Shown: in pieces, positions 19,073 through 28,413 of the stretch | How positions within the stretch are numbered: the first letter of the stretch is position 1 | How the letters are laid out: each line of letters starts with the position of its first letter | DNA from: Candidatus Falkowbacteria bacterium RIFOXYD12_FULL_34_57 | Lineage (GTDB): Bacteria; Patescibacteriota; Patescibacteriia; Patescibacteriales; UBA12075 | Assembly (NCBI GenBank): GCA_001780285.1 | Contig: MFGN01000006.1 | Location: 1 to 63,241, forward strand | Length of the DNA: 63,241 nucleotides | Direction of reading: 5' to 3' | Notes under the pieces: generated by a model | Told to the model about the DNA's origin: nothing | What the model saw: only the letters and a program-made list of their open reading frames with translations | Database searches by the model: none | Translations under genes and position numbers: made by a program

Positions 19073-20845
19073 TTATAATTTGCTATTAATCTTTTCCAAT
19101 ATTTCTTTGATAAACTCATCTTTCCCAATCTCCCGTATATCCTCCGCTCCCCTATCCCGGACATTCAATTTTTCTGATTCCATTTCCCTGTCTCCAATTA
19201 CCAGCATATATGGCACTTTTTCTGCAACTGCCTTGCGTATTTTATTTCCCACTGTTTCATCCGAAAAATCAACCTCCACTCTAATGCCGGCCCCCATTAA
19301 TTCTTGTGCTTGTTTAGTGCAATATTCAACATGTTTAGCGCTCACTGCGACTAATTTTACTTGCACAGGTGAAAGCCAAACAGGAAAAGCTCCGGCATAG
19401 TGTTCAATTAAGTAAGCAAGGGTTCTTTCATAACAGCCAAGAGAGGTGCGGTGAATAACCACCGGCTCTGCCTCTTTTCCGTTACTATCTGTATATTTAA
19501 GGCCAAATCTGCCGGACATGGCAAAGTCAACCTGTACCGTAATAATCGTGTCCTCCTTGCCATTTACATTTTTGTACTGAACATCCAGCTTTGGTCCATA
19601 AAAAGCAGCTTCTCCGTCAGCTTCTGTGTATTCCACCCCCGCTTTATCTAATATTTTTTTCATGGATTCCTGGGTTTTATTCCATGCTTCGGGATTGTTT
19701 ACATATTTTCCTTTTTTATTTTCTCTATCCCACTTAGAAAAACGGTAAGTATAGTTATTTAATCCAAGAGTTTTTAATATATATTCAATCAAATTCAAAA
19801 CTCCTAAAATTTCTTCTTCCACTTGATCTGCCCGGCATATCAAATGCCCCTCAGAGATAGTAAACTGCCTGACACGAATCAGCCCAGACAGCTCGCCGGA
19901 TAGCTCATTTCTAAAAAGTGTAGAAGTTTCAGAATATCTAATCGGCAATTCCTTGTAGGATCTTGGCTTAGCTTGAAAAATACAAAACTGATGAGGGCAG
20001 GTCATGGGACGCAGGGCATAAGGACTTTCGTCCGCCTCTGTAATAAACATATCATCCTTGTAGTGCGCCCAATGTCCGCTTATTTCATAAAGCTGTTTTG
20101 ACCCAAGACTGGAAGTATAAGTTTTTTGATATCCTCTTTTTCTTTCTTCATCTTCCACCCAGCGCTCTAAAATTTGTCTAATAATGGCTCCCTTTGGTGC
20201 AAAAAGAGGTAATCCCTTTCCAACTCTTTCATCAATGTAAAACAAATCTAACTCCCTACCCAATTTTCGATGATCTCTTTTTTCCGCCTCTGTCTGTACT
20301 GTTAAATAATATTCTAGTTTTTCTTTAGTTTCAAAAGCAACTCCATAAATTCTGGTTAACATTTTATTTTTTTCATCCCCTCGCCAATAAGCTCCGGCTA
20401 TTTTTGTTAGTTTAAAAACATCCAATTTTATTTTACCCGTAGAACCCAAATGCTTACCGATGCACAGATCACCAAAATTACCGCTCCAATAATAAGAAAC
20501 GTTCTTTTTTCCATCTTTCTTTAAATCTTCCAAAATATCTATTTTATAATTTGCTTTTCTCTCTTTTTCAAATTCTATTGCTTTCTCAATTCCCAACTCT
20601 CGTTTTTCAAATTCTAAATTCTGCTTGATTATATGTTTCATTTTTTTCTCAATTTTTTTCAAGTCATCTTCTCCGATTTTTACATCCCCAAAATCAAAAT
20701 CATAATAAAATCCGTTTTCAATTGCCGGACCAATAGCAAATTTAACATCCGGCCACAACTCTTGAACAGCGGCCGCTAAAACATGGGCGCATGAATGCCT
20801 CATAATTTCTAGTTCTTCATTTAATTTTTCTTCTTTAGTTAACAT
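19073..20845 (-). CDS. thrS: Threonine--tRNA ligase lacking the N-terminal TGS domain
   Basis: 590 aa. The editing-domain motif HSCAHVLAAA is already at residue 17. DLCIGKHL, class II catalytic core and a C-terminal anticodon-binding domain are present. Confidence 0.93.
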   Translation of the reverse strand: MLTKEEKLNEELEIMRHSCAHVLAAAVQELWPDVKFAIGPAIENGFYYDFDFGDVKIGEDDLKKIEKKMKHIIKQNLEFEKRELGIEKAIEFEKERKANYKIDILEDLKKDGKKNVSYYWSGNFGDLCIGKHLGSTGKIKLDVFKLTKIAGAYWRGDEKNKMLTRIYGVAFETKEKLEYYLTVQTEAEKRDHRKLGRELDLFYIDERVGKGLPLFAPKGAIIRQILERWVEDEERKRGYQKTYTSSLGSKQLYEISGHWAHYKDDMFITEADESPYALRPMTCPHQFCIFQAKPRSYKELPIRYSETSTLFRNELSGELSGLIRVRQFTISEGHLICRADQVEEEILGVLNLIEYILKTLGLNNYTYRFSKWDRENKKGKYVNNPEAWNKTQESMKKILDKAGVEYTEADGEAAFYGPKLDVQYKNVNGKEDTIITVQVDFAMSGRFGLKYTDSNGKEAEPVVIHRTSLGCYERTLAYLIEHYAGAFPVWLSPVQVKLVAVSAKHVEYCTKQAQELMGAGIRVEVDFSDETVGNKIRKAVAEKVPYMLVIGDREMESEKLNVRDRGAEDIREIGKDEFIKEILEKINSKL

Positions 20846-20869
20846 AAATTTAAATTATTATTAATTATT

Positions 20870-21070
20870 AAAAAATCCCGTCCCAGTGTATAAAAAATAT
20901 TTTATACACTGGGACGGGATTTATAATCTCGCGGTTCCACCCAGTTTCCCGCTTAAAATAATAAGCGGACTCTTTTATAAATTTTATTAGTTTAGTTTCA
21001 ATTTTTATATTGAAATCCCAATTTGGGACCGTGGTTGGTAGTCACGGCAATCACCCTTAAAATTTATTAT
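20870..21070 (-). promoter_or_regulatory. T-box riboswitch leader (Thr specifier) of thrS
   Basis: All on the minus strand. The T-box sequence AAACUGGGUGGAACCGCGA (20929-20947) matches the consensus AAnnnGGGUGGnACCGCG. Immediately 3' is a 21-bp terminator hairpin (20875-20920) plus U6. The terminator 5' arm UCCCGU can alternatively pair with GCGGGA just 5' of the T-box, forming an antiterminator. Hairpin CCGUG-ACUACCAAC-CACGG (21029-21047) displays the ACC (Thr) codon followed by A. Confidence 0.8.
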
Positions 21071-21076
21071 ATCTTA

Positions 21077-21105
21077 TATATATCTCATTTTTAAAAATTT
21101 GTCAA
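21077..21105 (-). promoter_or_regulatory. Sigma70-like promoter of the thrS leader
   Basis: Minus strand: TTGACA (21100-21105), 17 nt, TATATA (21077-21082). Confidence 0.6.
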
Positions 21106-21142
21106 TCATCAAAAATTCGCATAATTAAAATTCGCATTATTT

Positions 21143-22927
21143 TTACTTTTTGATTTCTATATCTATCTTATCAACTAATTTTGGTACTTTTTTAATAAAC
21201 TTAGGATAAAATTCTATCTCAAACCCGGCAATCTCCGGCATATCTCCCAGGTAAGTTTCTAACTGTTCTTTATTTAAACCCAATATTTTTTCAACATCTA
21301 TAATGTTTGAATCTCCCTTTAAACTTATCTTTCCCTCAAAAGCAGCATTGACTGAGGCAACTCCGGCTGAATTATTATAGTTATCCAAAGAATAAATAAT
21401 ATTATTTTCATCAAAATTGAGTAACTCTTTGTTTTCCGGCAAAGAAGAAATAAATTTGTTTTTAGCAAGCTTTGAAGCTGTTTCATCGTCAAAAGCCACA
21501 ACCATCACATCGGCCTTCATGGAAATATTAAAACTATCTTTTTCTTCATTTATCTTTCCATCTGCGTTGCTCTTTATGGATTGTTCATCAATTTTAAAAA
21601 TCACCTGATCATAATCTTTATAAATATCGTTTACTTTTGATTTTACAGAAGATAGGAGCTGTTGTTTTAAATCCATTTCACCTTTTTCAATATCGGTTTC
21701 GTCTATATATTTTTTTACTTTTTGACGATAAACAATATCTGTATTGTTTTTGGCGTAAATTTTGTCCTGAAGTCCTGCCCAAAGTCCAGGAATAGTAAAA
21801 GTGGTTGGACCAGTAGCCATCTCCGGTTTGGCCTCATCGGCATAAATCTCCACATCTTTCAAACCGCCAACTGGAACATTTACGGTTTCTTTTAATCTGA
21901 ATAGTTTACCATCAGAAGAAATTAGTCTAGTGGTAGCCACCAATGGCTGATTTTTATTATAATCATTAATAATATCTATTTTGCCAACTACCTCTTTGCC
22001 GATAACATTTGAACCGGATGCTTGATATTCTTTTTTATCTTCTATCGTAATTTGGCGGACAATGCCCGGAACACCCATGGCAGAAACCGAATCTGCATTT
22101 TCGGAGTCATAAATATCAAAAATCAAATTATTACTAACTCTTTCTTGATTTGGAATCAGGGTAATTGTAACCCTAGTAAAAGAAAAATAAAATATTACTG
22201 CTAGCAGCACAACCGTAAGCACAACAAAGCTTAAAGCGATCTTGCGATACATGCCCACCGAACGACCACCACCCAAATTATCTATAATAGCTTCTTCAAT
22301 TTTTTCAATATTCTCTTTTTCCTTTTTTTCCGTTAACATTTCTTGTTTTTGACTGCGCGGGGCTAAAATACTTTTCATTTCATCACCCCTTAATACCAAC
22401 TCTTCTTTTTTATCATCATTATGAACCATGATTCTGTCTTTATTTTTACTCCTTAAAAAATTATTATTCATTTTTTCTTCTTCTTGATTTTTCTTTTCTT
22501 CGGCTAAAACTTTTTCTCGGTCAGCTTTTATACCCTCAATCTTTTCCATAGTAATCAATGGTTCGTCTGTTTTAATTTCTGGAATTAGTTCTTTTTTTGG
22601 TTCTTTTTCAATCTTTATTTCTTCTTTTGCTTTTTTAACTATTGGCTCGTTAATGTTTTTTTTAATAACTGTGGATGGAATTTTATTTACCGTTCTCTTT
22701 TTTGTTTTTTTTGCAAACACTTTTTTAACTGGAGATTTCTTCAATTTGCTTTTTGTTTTTTGAGGAATATTAACTTTAACAGATTTCCGAGTTACCGGCT
22801 TCACTGTTTTCTTTTTAGCGCTTATCTTTTTATTGGTGGCTATTTTTTTTACAACCCCTTTTTCAACCTCTGCTTCTACACTCTGAACATTGGGGGTCTT
22901 AGAAGTGTTTTTTTTCTCCACAGACAT
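21143..22927 (-). CDS. Hypothetical membrane-anchored protein with Lys-rich N-terminal region
   Basis: The track ORF is 21143..22951. The ATG at 22927 (MSVEKKNTSK) is likelier. About 230 aa of K/E-rich low complexity are followed by one TM helix (IALSFVVLTVVLLAVIFYF) and a domain of about 340 aa. Confidence 0.65.
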   Translation of the reverse strand: MSVEKKNTSKTPNVQSVEAEVEKGVVKKIATNKKISAKKKTVKPVTRKSVKVNIPQKTKSKLKKSPVKKVFAKKTKKRTVNKIPSTVIKKNINEPIVKKAKEEIKIEKEPKKELIPEIKTDEPLITMEKIEGIKADREKVLAEEKKNQEEEKMNNNFLRSKNKDRIMVHNDDKKEELVLRGDEMKSILAPRSQKQEMLTEKKEKENIEKIEEAIIDNLGGGRSVGMYRKIALSFVVLTVVLLAVIFYFSFTRVTITLIPNQERVSNNLIFDIYDSENADSVSAMGVPGIVRQITIEDKKEYQASGSNVIGKEVVGKIDIINDYNKNQPLVATTRLISSDGKLFRLKETVNVPVGGLKDVEIYADEAKPEMATGPTTFTIPGLWAGLQDKIYAKNNTDIVYRQKVKKYIDETDIEKGEMDLKQQLLSSVKSKVNDIYKDYDQVIFKIDEQSIKSNADGKINEEKDSFNISMKADVMVVAFDDETASKLAKNKFISSLPENKELLNFDENNIIYSLDNYNNSAGVASVNAAFEGKISLKGDSNIIDVEKILGLNKEQLETYLGDMPEIAGFEIEFYPKFIKKVPKLVDKIDIEIKK

Positions 22928-23124
22928 AATATAAAATAAAATTAATTTCAAAAAGTATATAATCTATTCATATTAATACTATAACAAAATTTCTATTTTT
23001 TGTCTAATAAACAAAAAAGGTAAAAAAAAATAACCCTAAAACATATTCCCATAATTCTACCAAAAATAAAAAAGCCGCTAATCATAAAATTAACGATTTC
23101 TCAACACAAAAGCATTTTAATGTT

Positions 23125-26100
23125 TTATTCCTCTTTTATGGTTATTACTCCCCGAAAATCTTCTGTTAACTTTTTTATTAATTCCATGTCATTATTTACT
23201 TGGTATGCCGTTTTGATAATCCGTGATTTACCATCCACGGTTATCCTGAAAAGAACCATATCCCCTCCTGGATACTGTATAAATACACCTTTTAATCTTT
23301 CTAGTATTTCCTGATTTGCTTCTTGATTAAAAATAATTCTCAGGGGATTTGTTACATTTTTTGAGGTTATACTTTGAGAATTTTGATTTTTAAATCTGGC
23401 AACTATGCGTTCTGCCTTCTCTAATATGAGTTCTTCAACAGTATTTGCCAAAACCTTAATTTCATTATCCTTATTAGATATCTTTCCGTTGATAATTACA
23501 AATTTTCCCTCTTTCCATACTTCACTATCCCGATCCAAGAGACGAGGAAAAACCAAAATTTCAGTATTATTATATTCATCTTCAATTTTTACAAAAAGCA
23601 TTGCCTTGTTGGTGCGAGTAATAATTTTTTTAACCGTAGTAATGATTCCAGCAATATTTACCTGATGCTCAATGTATTTATGCAATCGGTGTAATGAAAT
23701 AGTATGATCTTCCGTGTACTTTCTAAAATCAGAAAAGGGGTGTTCTGTAATATAAAGACCTAAAAGCTCCTTCTCCCAGGTCAATTTTACCTGCCTGTTG
23801 GCCGGGTCATAATAATCCATTTTAACCATATTCCTTATATTGAGCTCTGGCACATCTGCAAACAAGCTCTCTTGTTTGCTGCTTATAGACCTTACTACTT
23901 CCTTGTTGTAGCTTATCATGTTTTCCACATTCCCAAGCATGTGCCCCCTTTCACCAAAACTGTCAAAACCACCACTTTTAATCAAACTTTCCAGAGATTT
24001 CTTGTTCAAATCTTTATCAGTTATCCGCTCTAATAAATCATTCAAATCCTTATAAGGACCTCCGCTTTTTCTTTCTTCTATTAAAACTTTAGAAATATTT
24101 TCTCCAATATTCTTAACTGCGTGCAAACCAAAACGAATAGTTTTGGTATCTTCGTCTTTTTTAGCGGTTTGGTTTTTTTCCGTACCAGAAGTAACCACCG
24201 TAAAAGTTTCAAAAGACTGGTTCACATCCGGCGGCATAACCTCAATTCCCATACGACGGCATTCTTCAATTTCGATTGCGATTCTATCTATATTTTGCTG
24301 ATCCGCAGTCAAAAGAGCTGCCATAAACTCGGTCGGCCAATGCGCCTTGAGATATGCGGTCTGATAACCAATTAATGCATAACACGCGGCATGAGAACGA
24401 TTAAAACCATAACCAGCAAATGGTTCGATAAATGAAAATATTTTTTCGGCTAAATCTTTAGAAATATTATTATTCACGCACCCATCTATAAATTTCTTTT
24501 TTTGTTTAGCAAGAAGCGACACTATTTTCTTGCCCATAGCCTTTCTTAAAACATCAGCTTCACCTTTGGTAAATCCGGCTAAATCCCTGGATATTTGCAT
24601 AACTTGCTCTTGATAAATAGCCACGCCATAAGTTTTTTTAAGTATTGGTTCCAATTTTGGGTGCAGATATGTCAATTTTTTAGTACCATTTTTACCACCA
24701 ATATAATCTGGTATCCACTCCATTGGTCCCGGCCTATAAAGCGCAACCATAGCGATAATATCTTCAAACTCCGTTGATTTTAGCTCTCGCAAATATCTCT
24801 TCATTCCACTGGATTCAAATTGAAAAACTCCGGTAGTTTCCCCTTTTTGAAATAATTCATATGTTTCCTTATTGTCCAGGGGAATCTTATTAATATCTAT
24901 TTCTATTCCGCGGGTTTTTTTAATAATTTTAATAGCAGACTCGATGATAGTTAAATTCTTAAGACCTAAAAAATCCATTTTTAAAAGACCCAAATCTTCT
25001 ACTGGGTGCAAGGAATATTGCGATACAATTGTTTTGTCGCCAGAAGATGCGAACTGCACCGGCACATTCTCGGTTAGCTGATCTTTTGTAATCAAAACTC
25101 CGCAAGCATGAGTAGAAGAGTGCCTGGCAACACCCTCAAGTCTCAATGCATGATCAATTACCCTTTTGGCCTCCGGCTCCTTTTTGTACATTGAGCTGAA
25201 TTCGTCCACCGTATCTAGTGCTTCTTGGATACTGGTAAACATGGGAATTGCTTTGGAAAGTTTGTCGCAATACTCATAAGGCACACCCAGCGCCCTACCC
25301 ACATCCTTTACCGCAGCGCGCGCGGCCATGGTGCCGAAAGTGATAATTTGCGCGACATGATCTTTACCGTATTTCTCCTCTACATAGGATATTACTTCAT
25401 CTCGACGAATATCAGCAAAATCTAAATCAATATCGGGCATAGAAACTCGATCGGGATTTAAAAAACGTTCAAAAAGCAAATCATATTCAATGGGGTCCAG
25501 ATTGGTAATACCGGTCAAATAGCACACCAGGGACCCGGCAGCGCTGCCGCGACCGGGACCAACCACTATCTTTCGATTTTTAGCCCAATTCACAAAATCA
25601 GCTACAATCAAAAAATAAGAAGGCCACCCCATTTTATCAATTACCGATAATTCATAATCCATTCTCTCTTTATATTGCACATCTATCTGTTCGTATGTTT
25701 TGCCAAATCTTTTTACCATTCCATCTTCGCACAATTTACGAAAGTAACTACTTTCAGTAAACCCGCTTGGTACTTCAAAATAGGGCAATTGCACATTTCC
25801 AAGTTCAATCTCCACATCGCACATATCGGCAATTTTTATTGAATTTTCTATTGCTTCCGGCACATCCATAAAACTTTCTATCATCTCTGCGGTAGGTCTC
25901 ACAGAAAAATCACTTTCCATCATGTTCATTCTATCTTTATCATCCACCTTTTTTTTGTTTTGCAAGCACAAGAGTATATCCTGTGAATCAGCATCTTCTT
26001 TTTTTAAATAATGAGAATCATTGGTGGCAACCAAAGGAACATTGAGCTCGCGAGAAAATTCAATTAATTTTTCATTAACCAAATCCTGCCCTCTTAAATT

Positions 26101-26640
26101 CGGGTGGTGCTGAATTTCTAAATAAAAATTATTCTGCCCGAATAAATTATTATATTCAAGTATTCGCGTTCTCGCCTGATCCAATTTATTAGAGCGAATC
26201 AAAACCGGAATCTCGCCACCCAAACAGGCTGTACAGGCAATCAAACCATTGTGGTGTTTTTGCAAAACCTCCCAATCAATTCTTGGCTTATAATAAAAAC
26301 CCTCCAAATGAGCAATGGAGACAAGTTTGATTAAATTTTTATAACCGATATTGTTTTTAGCCAAGAGTAAAAGATGATAACTCCTTCGTTCATCATCTCG
26401 ACTAACTTTATCATGTCTGGATCCTGGCGCAAGATATGTTTCTACGCCAATAATCGGCTTGATTCCCGCCTTCTTACATTTTTCATAAAACTCAATAACG
26501 CCATACATGGTGCCATGATCGGAAATAGCCACAGCCGGAGAACCCTGTTCCTTGGCGAAATCAATCAACTCATCCAATTTGGTCAAGCCGTCTAATAAAG
26601 AATAATGGGTATGCACATGCAAATGCACAAATTTCTGCAT
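23125..26640 (-). CDS. dnaE: DNA polymerase III alpha subunit
   Basis: 1171 aa. PHP domain begins MQKFVHLHVHTHYSLLDG. Also has the polymerase core (GRGSAAGSLV, PDIDLDF) and a C-terminal OB region. Confidence 0.96.
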   Translation of the reverse strand: MQKFVHLHVHTHYSLLDGLTKLDELIDFAKEQGSPAVAISDHGTMYGVIEFYEKCKKAGIKPIIGVETYLAPGSRHDKVSRDDERRSYHLLLLAKNNIGYKNLIKLVSIAHLEGFYYKPRIDWEVLQKHHNGLIACTACLGGEIPVLIRSNKLDQARTRILEYNNLFGQNNFYLEIQHHPNLRGQDLVNEKLIEFSRELNVPLVATNDSHYLKKEDADSQDILLCLQNKKKVDDKDRMNMMESDFSVRPTAEMIESFMDVPEAIENSIKIADMCDVEIELGNVQLPYFEVPSGFTESSYFRKLCEDGMVKRFGKTYEQIDVQYKERMDYELSVIDKMGWPSYFLIVADFVNWAKNRKIVVGPGRGSAAGSLVCYLTGITNLDPIEYDLLFERFLNPDRVSMPDIDLDFADIRRDEVISYVEEKYGKDHVAQIITFGTMAARAAVKDVGRALGVPYEYCDKLSKAIPMFTSIQEALDTVDEFSSMYKKEPEAKRVIDHALRLEGVARHSSTHACGVLITKDQLTENVPVQFASSGDKTIVSQYSLHPVEDLGLLKMDFLGLKNLTIIESAIKIIKKTRGIEIDINKIPLDNKETYELFQKGETTGVFQFESSGMKRYLRELKSTEFEDIIAMVALYRPGPMEWIPDYIGGKNGTKKLTYLHPKLEPILKKTYGVAIYQEQVMQISRDLAGFTKGEADVLRKAMGKKIVSLLAKQKKKFIDGCVNNNISKDLAEKIFSFIEPFAGYGFNRSHAACYALIGYQTAYLKAHWPTEFMAALLTADQQNIDRIAIEIEECRRMGIEVMPPDVNQSFETFTVVTSGTEKNQTAKKDEDTKTIRFGLHAVKNIGENISKVLIEERKSGGPYKDLNDLLERITDKDLNKKSLESLIKSGGFDSFGERGHMLGNVENMISYNKEVVRSISSKQESLFADVPELNIRNMVKMDYYDPANRQVKLTWEKELLGLYITEHPFSDFRKYTEDHTISLHRLHKYIEHQVNIAGIITTVKKIITRTNKAMLFVKIEDEYNNTEILVFPRLLDRDSEVWKEGKFVIINGKISNKDNEIKVLANTVEELILEKAERIVARFKNQNSQSITSKNVTNPLRIIFNQEANQEILERLKGVFIQYPGGDMVLFRITVDGKSRIIKTAYQVNNDMELIKKLTEDFRGVITIKEE

Positions 26641-26729
26641 ATATATTCAATTAACATGCAACAATCAACATGCAATAATTAACTTATTATTAATATGTTA
26701 ATAATAATACAATTAGTCCCGATTTTCAA

Positions 26730-26758
26730 TTGACAAAAATTATTAAACATGCTAATCT
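26730..26758 (+). promoter_or_regulatory. Sigma70-like promoter
   Basis: TTGACA (26730-26735), 17 nt, TAATCT (26753-26758). It reads into the palindrome cluster at 26796-26877. Confidence 0.5.
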
Positions 26759-26795
26759 CTACTATTCTTTAACAATTTTCATTCTCCTCCACACT

Positions 26796-26877
26796 TGTCA
26801 TTCTGAATTCGATTCAGAATCCACACAATAAAACACAATCAAAATTCCATAGATTCTGAATCAGGTTCAGAATGACA
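26796..26877 (+). other. Pair of related palindromes (four ATTCTGAA/TTCAGAAT arms)
   Basis: ATTCTGAAT-tcg-ATTCAGAAT lies at 26800-26820 and ATTCTGAA-tcagg-TTCAGAAT at 26853-26873. The outer flanks tgtc...gaca are also complementary. Confidence 0.7.
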
Positions 26878-26973
26878 CAAAATTTCTATTAAGATGCTGT
26901 CTGTTTTATTTCTTAAGAAAAAAAACGAAAACAAATGCGAAAATTAATCACGCAAAAATAGGGGGTAAAAATT

Positions 26974-27129
26974 ATGAAAAAATTTTGGGAATTTATTAAA
27001 AAATGGATAAAAAGATATTATGTATATATTATACCTATAATAATCGGTATTTTGGCACCAAACCTTTTCTTTAAAATTGAGAACGGTTCACACTTTATGG
27101 TCTTATTATTTTCCCTAATATCACATTAA
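26974..27129 (+). CDS. Possible small (51 aa) membrane protein
   Basis: The ATG is preceded by tagggggtaaaaatt. Sequence is MKKFWEFIKKWIKRYYVYIIPIIIGILAPNLFFKIENGSHFMVLLFSLISH. It is below the ORF-track cutoff. A terminator at 27227-27254 follows. Confidence 0.35.
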   Translation: MKKFWEFIKKWIKRYYVYIIPIIIGILAPNLFFKIENGSHFMVLLFSLISH

Positions 27130-27226
27130 CAGTAGAAATTTTTATTTTTTTTATATTGCGTCAAATAAAGAATGCGAAAGAAAAGAAACCACTATCAGAT
27201 AAATAAAAAACGATCAAGACTCACGC

Positions 27227-27254
27227 AACCATCGATAAAATATCGATGGTTTTT
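27227..27254 (+). terminator. Intrinsic terminator
   Basis: aaccatcgataaaatatcgatggtt followed by ttt. Confidence 0.6.
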
Positions 27255-27258
27255 AAAT

Positions 27259-27287
27259 TTGACAATCACTTTTTTTTCTGCCAAAAT
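27259..27287 (+). promoter_or_regulatory. Promoter of the methyltransferase gene
   Basis: TTGACA (27259-27264), 17 nt, CAAAAT (27282-27287). AGGGAGG lies 5 nt before the ATG at 27371. Confidence 0.5.
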
Positions 27288-27370
27288 ACAAGCAAATCGT
27301 TGTTTAACAACCAAAACACAAAACGAAATCCGCCGTCGCTTGATAGTTATGGCGAGACAAGGGAGGAAAA

Positions 27371-28348
27371 ATGACTGAGCACACAAAGTTGGAAAAACTC
27401 GTATTTGCGCATCCAAGATGGAAAGCACTATCCACTATTGCCAAAAAACAAATAGAGGATATTAACAAATCCTCAAAAAATGAACTTAAAAAAACCAAAG
27501 AAAAAAAAGCGCTAGCACAAGTTCTAAAAAAACAAAGACAAGAAATATTAGATAGTATTTGCGAAGAAATTGTTGCGCAGCTTAGCGATCAGGAATTAAT
27601 GCAAAGCGTTCTGGATATTTACAGCCAAACCGTGGAAGAATACACTCAAAATCCGCATACTCAATACATTACCGATGATCTGGCCAAATTCATGCTTGAC
27701 CCGCGAATCCATAATAATGCGCGCGTTTTGGATATTGGCTGCGGACCCGGCAGGGACAGCTTTTTTATGTTCTATAATCACTTAAAATTCCGCGAAATAT
27801 TTATGGAAAGAAAAGACGGTGAAGGTAAAACAACTTTGGAAAAATTCGGCGTACCGCGCAAAAAATTCAAAACTATCGGCATAGACGGTTCTCCGGAAAT
27901 GATAAAAATTGCAAATAAAAAAGCCGCTTTGCTCCGAATAAGATTTTCCACCACGGATCAGCCGTTTTTTATCTGTAAAGATATTCATAATATTAAATTT
28001 AATTATCCAACCGAATTCGATGCTGTCTGGGCTTGTGCTTCCCTTTTTACCCACACACCGCGCAACTTAATAGAACCGGCAATTGAATCTATTGTTAATT
28101 TAATGAAAACAAACGGAATTTTCTTTTTGAGCTATACACATGGCGCCAATAAACCCTATAACAAATTATTACTCTCTTCTACTGGAAGAATAAAATGGTT
28201 TTCTCAGCCCAACCCCGAAGAAATCGTAAGTATTGCCCAAAAATACGGCTTAATCCAAATTGAAGATTCAAAATTCGATGATTACCGAAAAGGAAAAGAT
28301 ATTAAAAAAGACATGTTCGTTTCCCACTTTTTCCAAAAAACAAGATAA
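27371..28348 (+). CDS. Class I SAM-dependent methyltransferase
   Basis: 325 aa. Motif I is VLDIGCGPGRDS, followed by IGIDGS and an acidic loop. The N-terminal ~90 aa are K/E-rich and helical. Confidence 0.8.
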   Translation: MTEHTKLEKLVFAHPRWKALSTIAKKQIEDINKSSKNELKKTKEKKALAQVLKKQRQEILDSICEEIVAQLSDQELMQSVLDIYSQTVEEYTQNPHTQYITDDLAKFMLDPRIHNNARVLDIGCGPGRDSFFMFYNHLKFREIFMERKDGEGKTTLEKFGVPRKKFKTIGIDGSPEMIKIANKKAALLRIRFSTTDQPFFICKDIHNIKFNYPTEFDAVWACASLFTHTPRNLIEPAIESIVNLMKTNGIFFLSYTHGANKPYNKLLLSSTGRIKWFSQPNPEEIVSIAQKYGLIQIEDSKFDDYRKGKDIKKDMFVSHFFQKTR

Positions 28349-28356
28349 CAAAAATC

Positions 28357-28385
28357 AAAAAACCGTCTTACAAAAGACGGTTTTT
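28357..28385. terminator. Bidirectional terminator between convergent genes
   Basis: aaaaaccgtcttacaaaagacggttttt. Confidence 0.8.
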
Positions 28386-28413
28386 AAAATAATGCTATGT
28401 TGCTTGCCACTTG

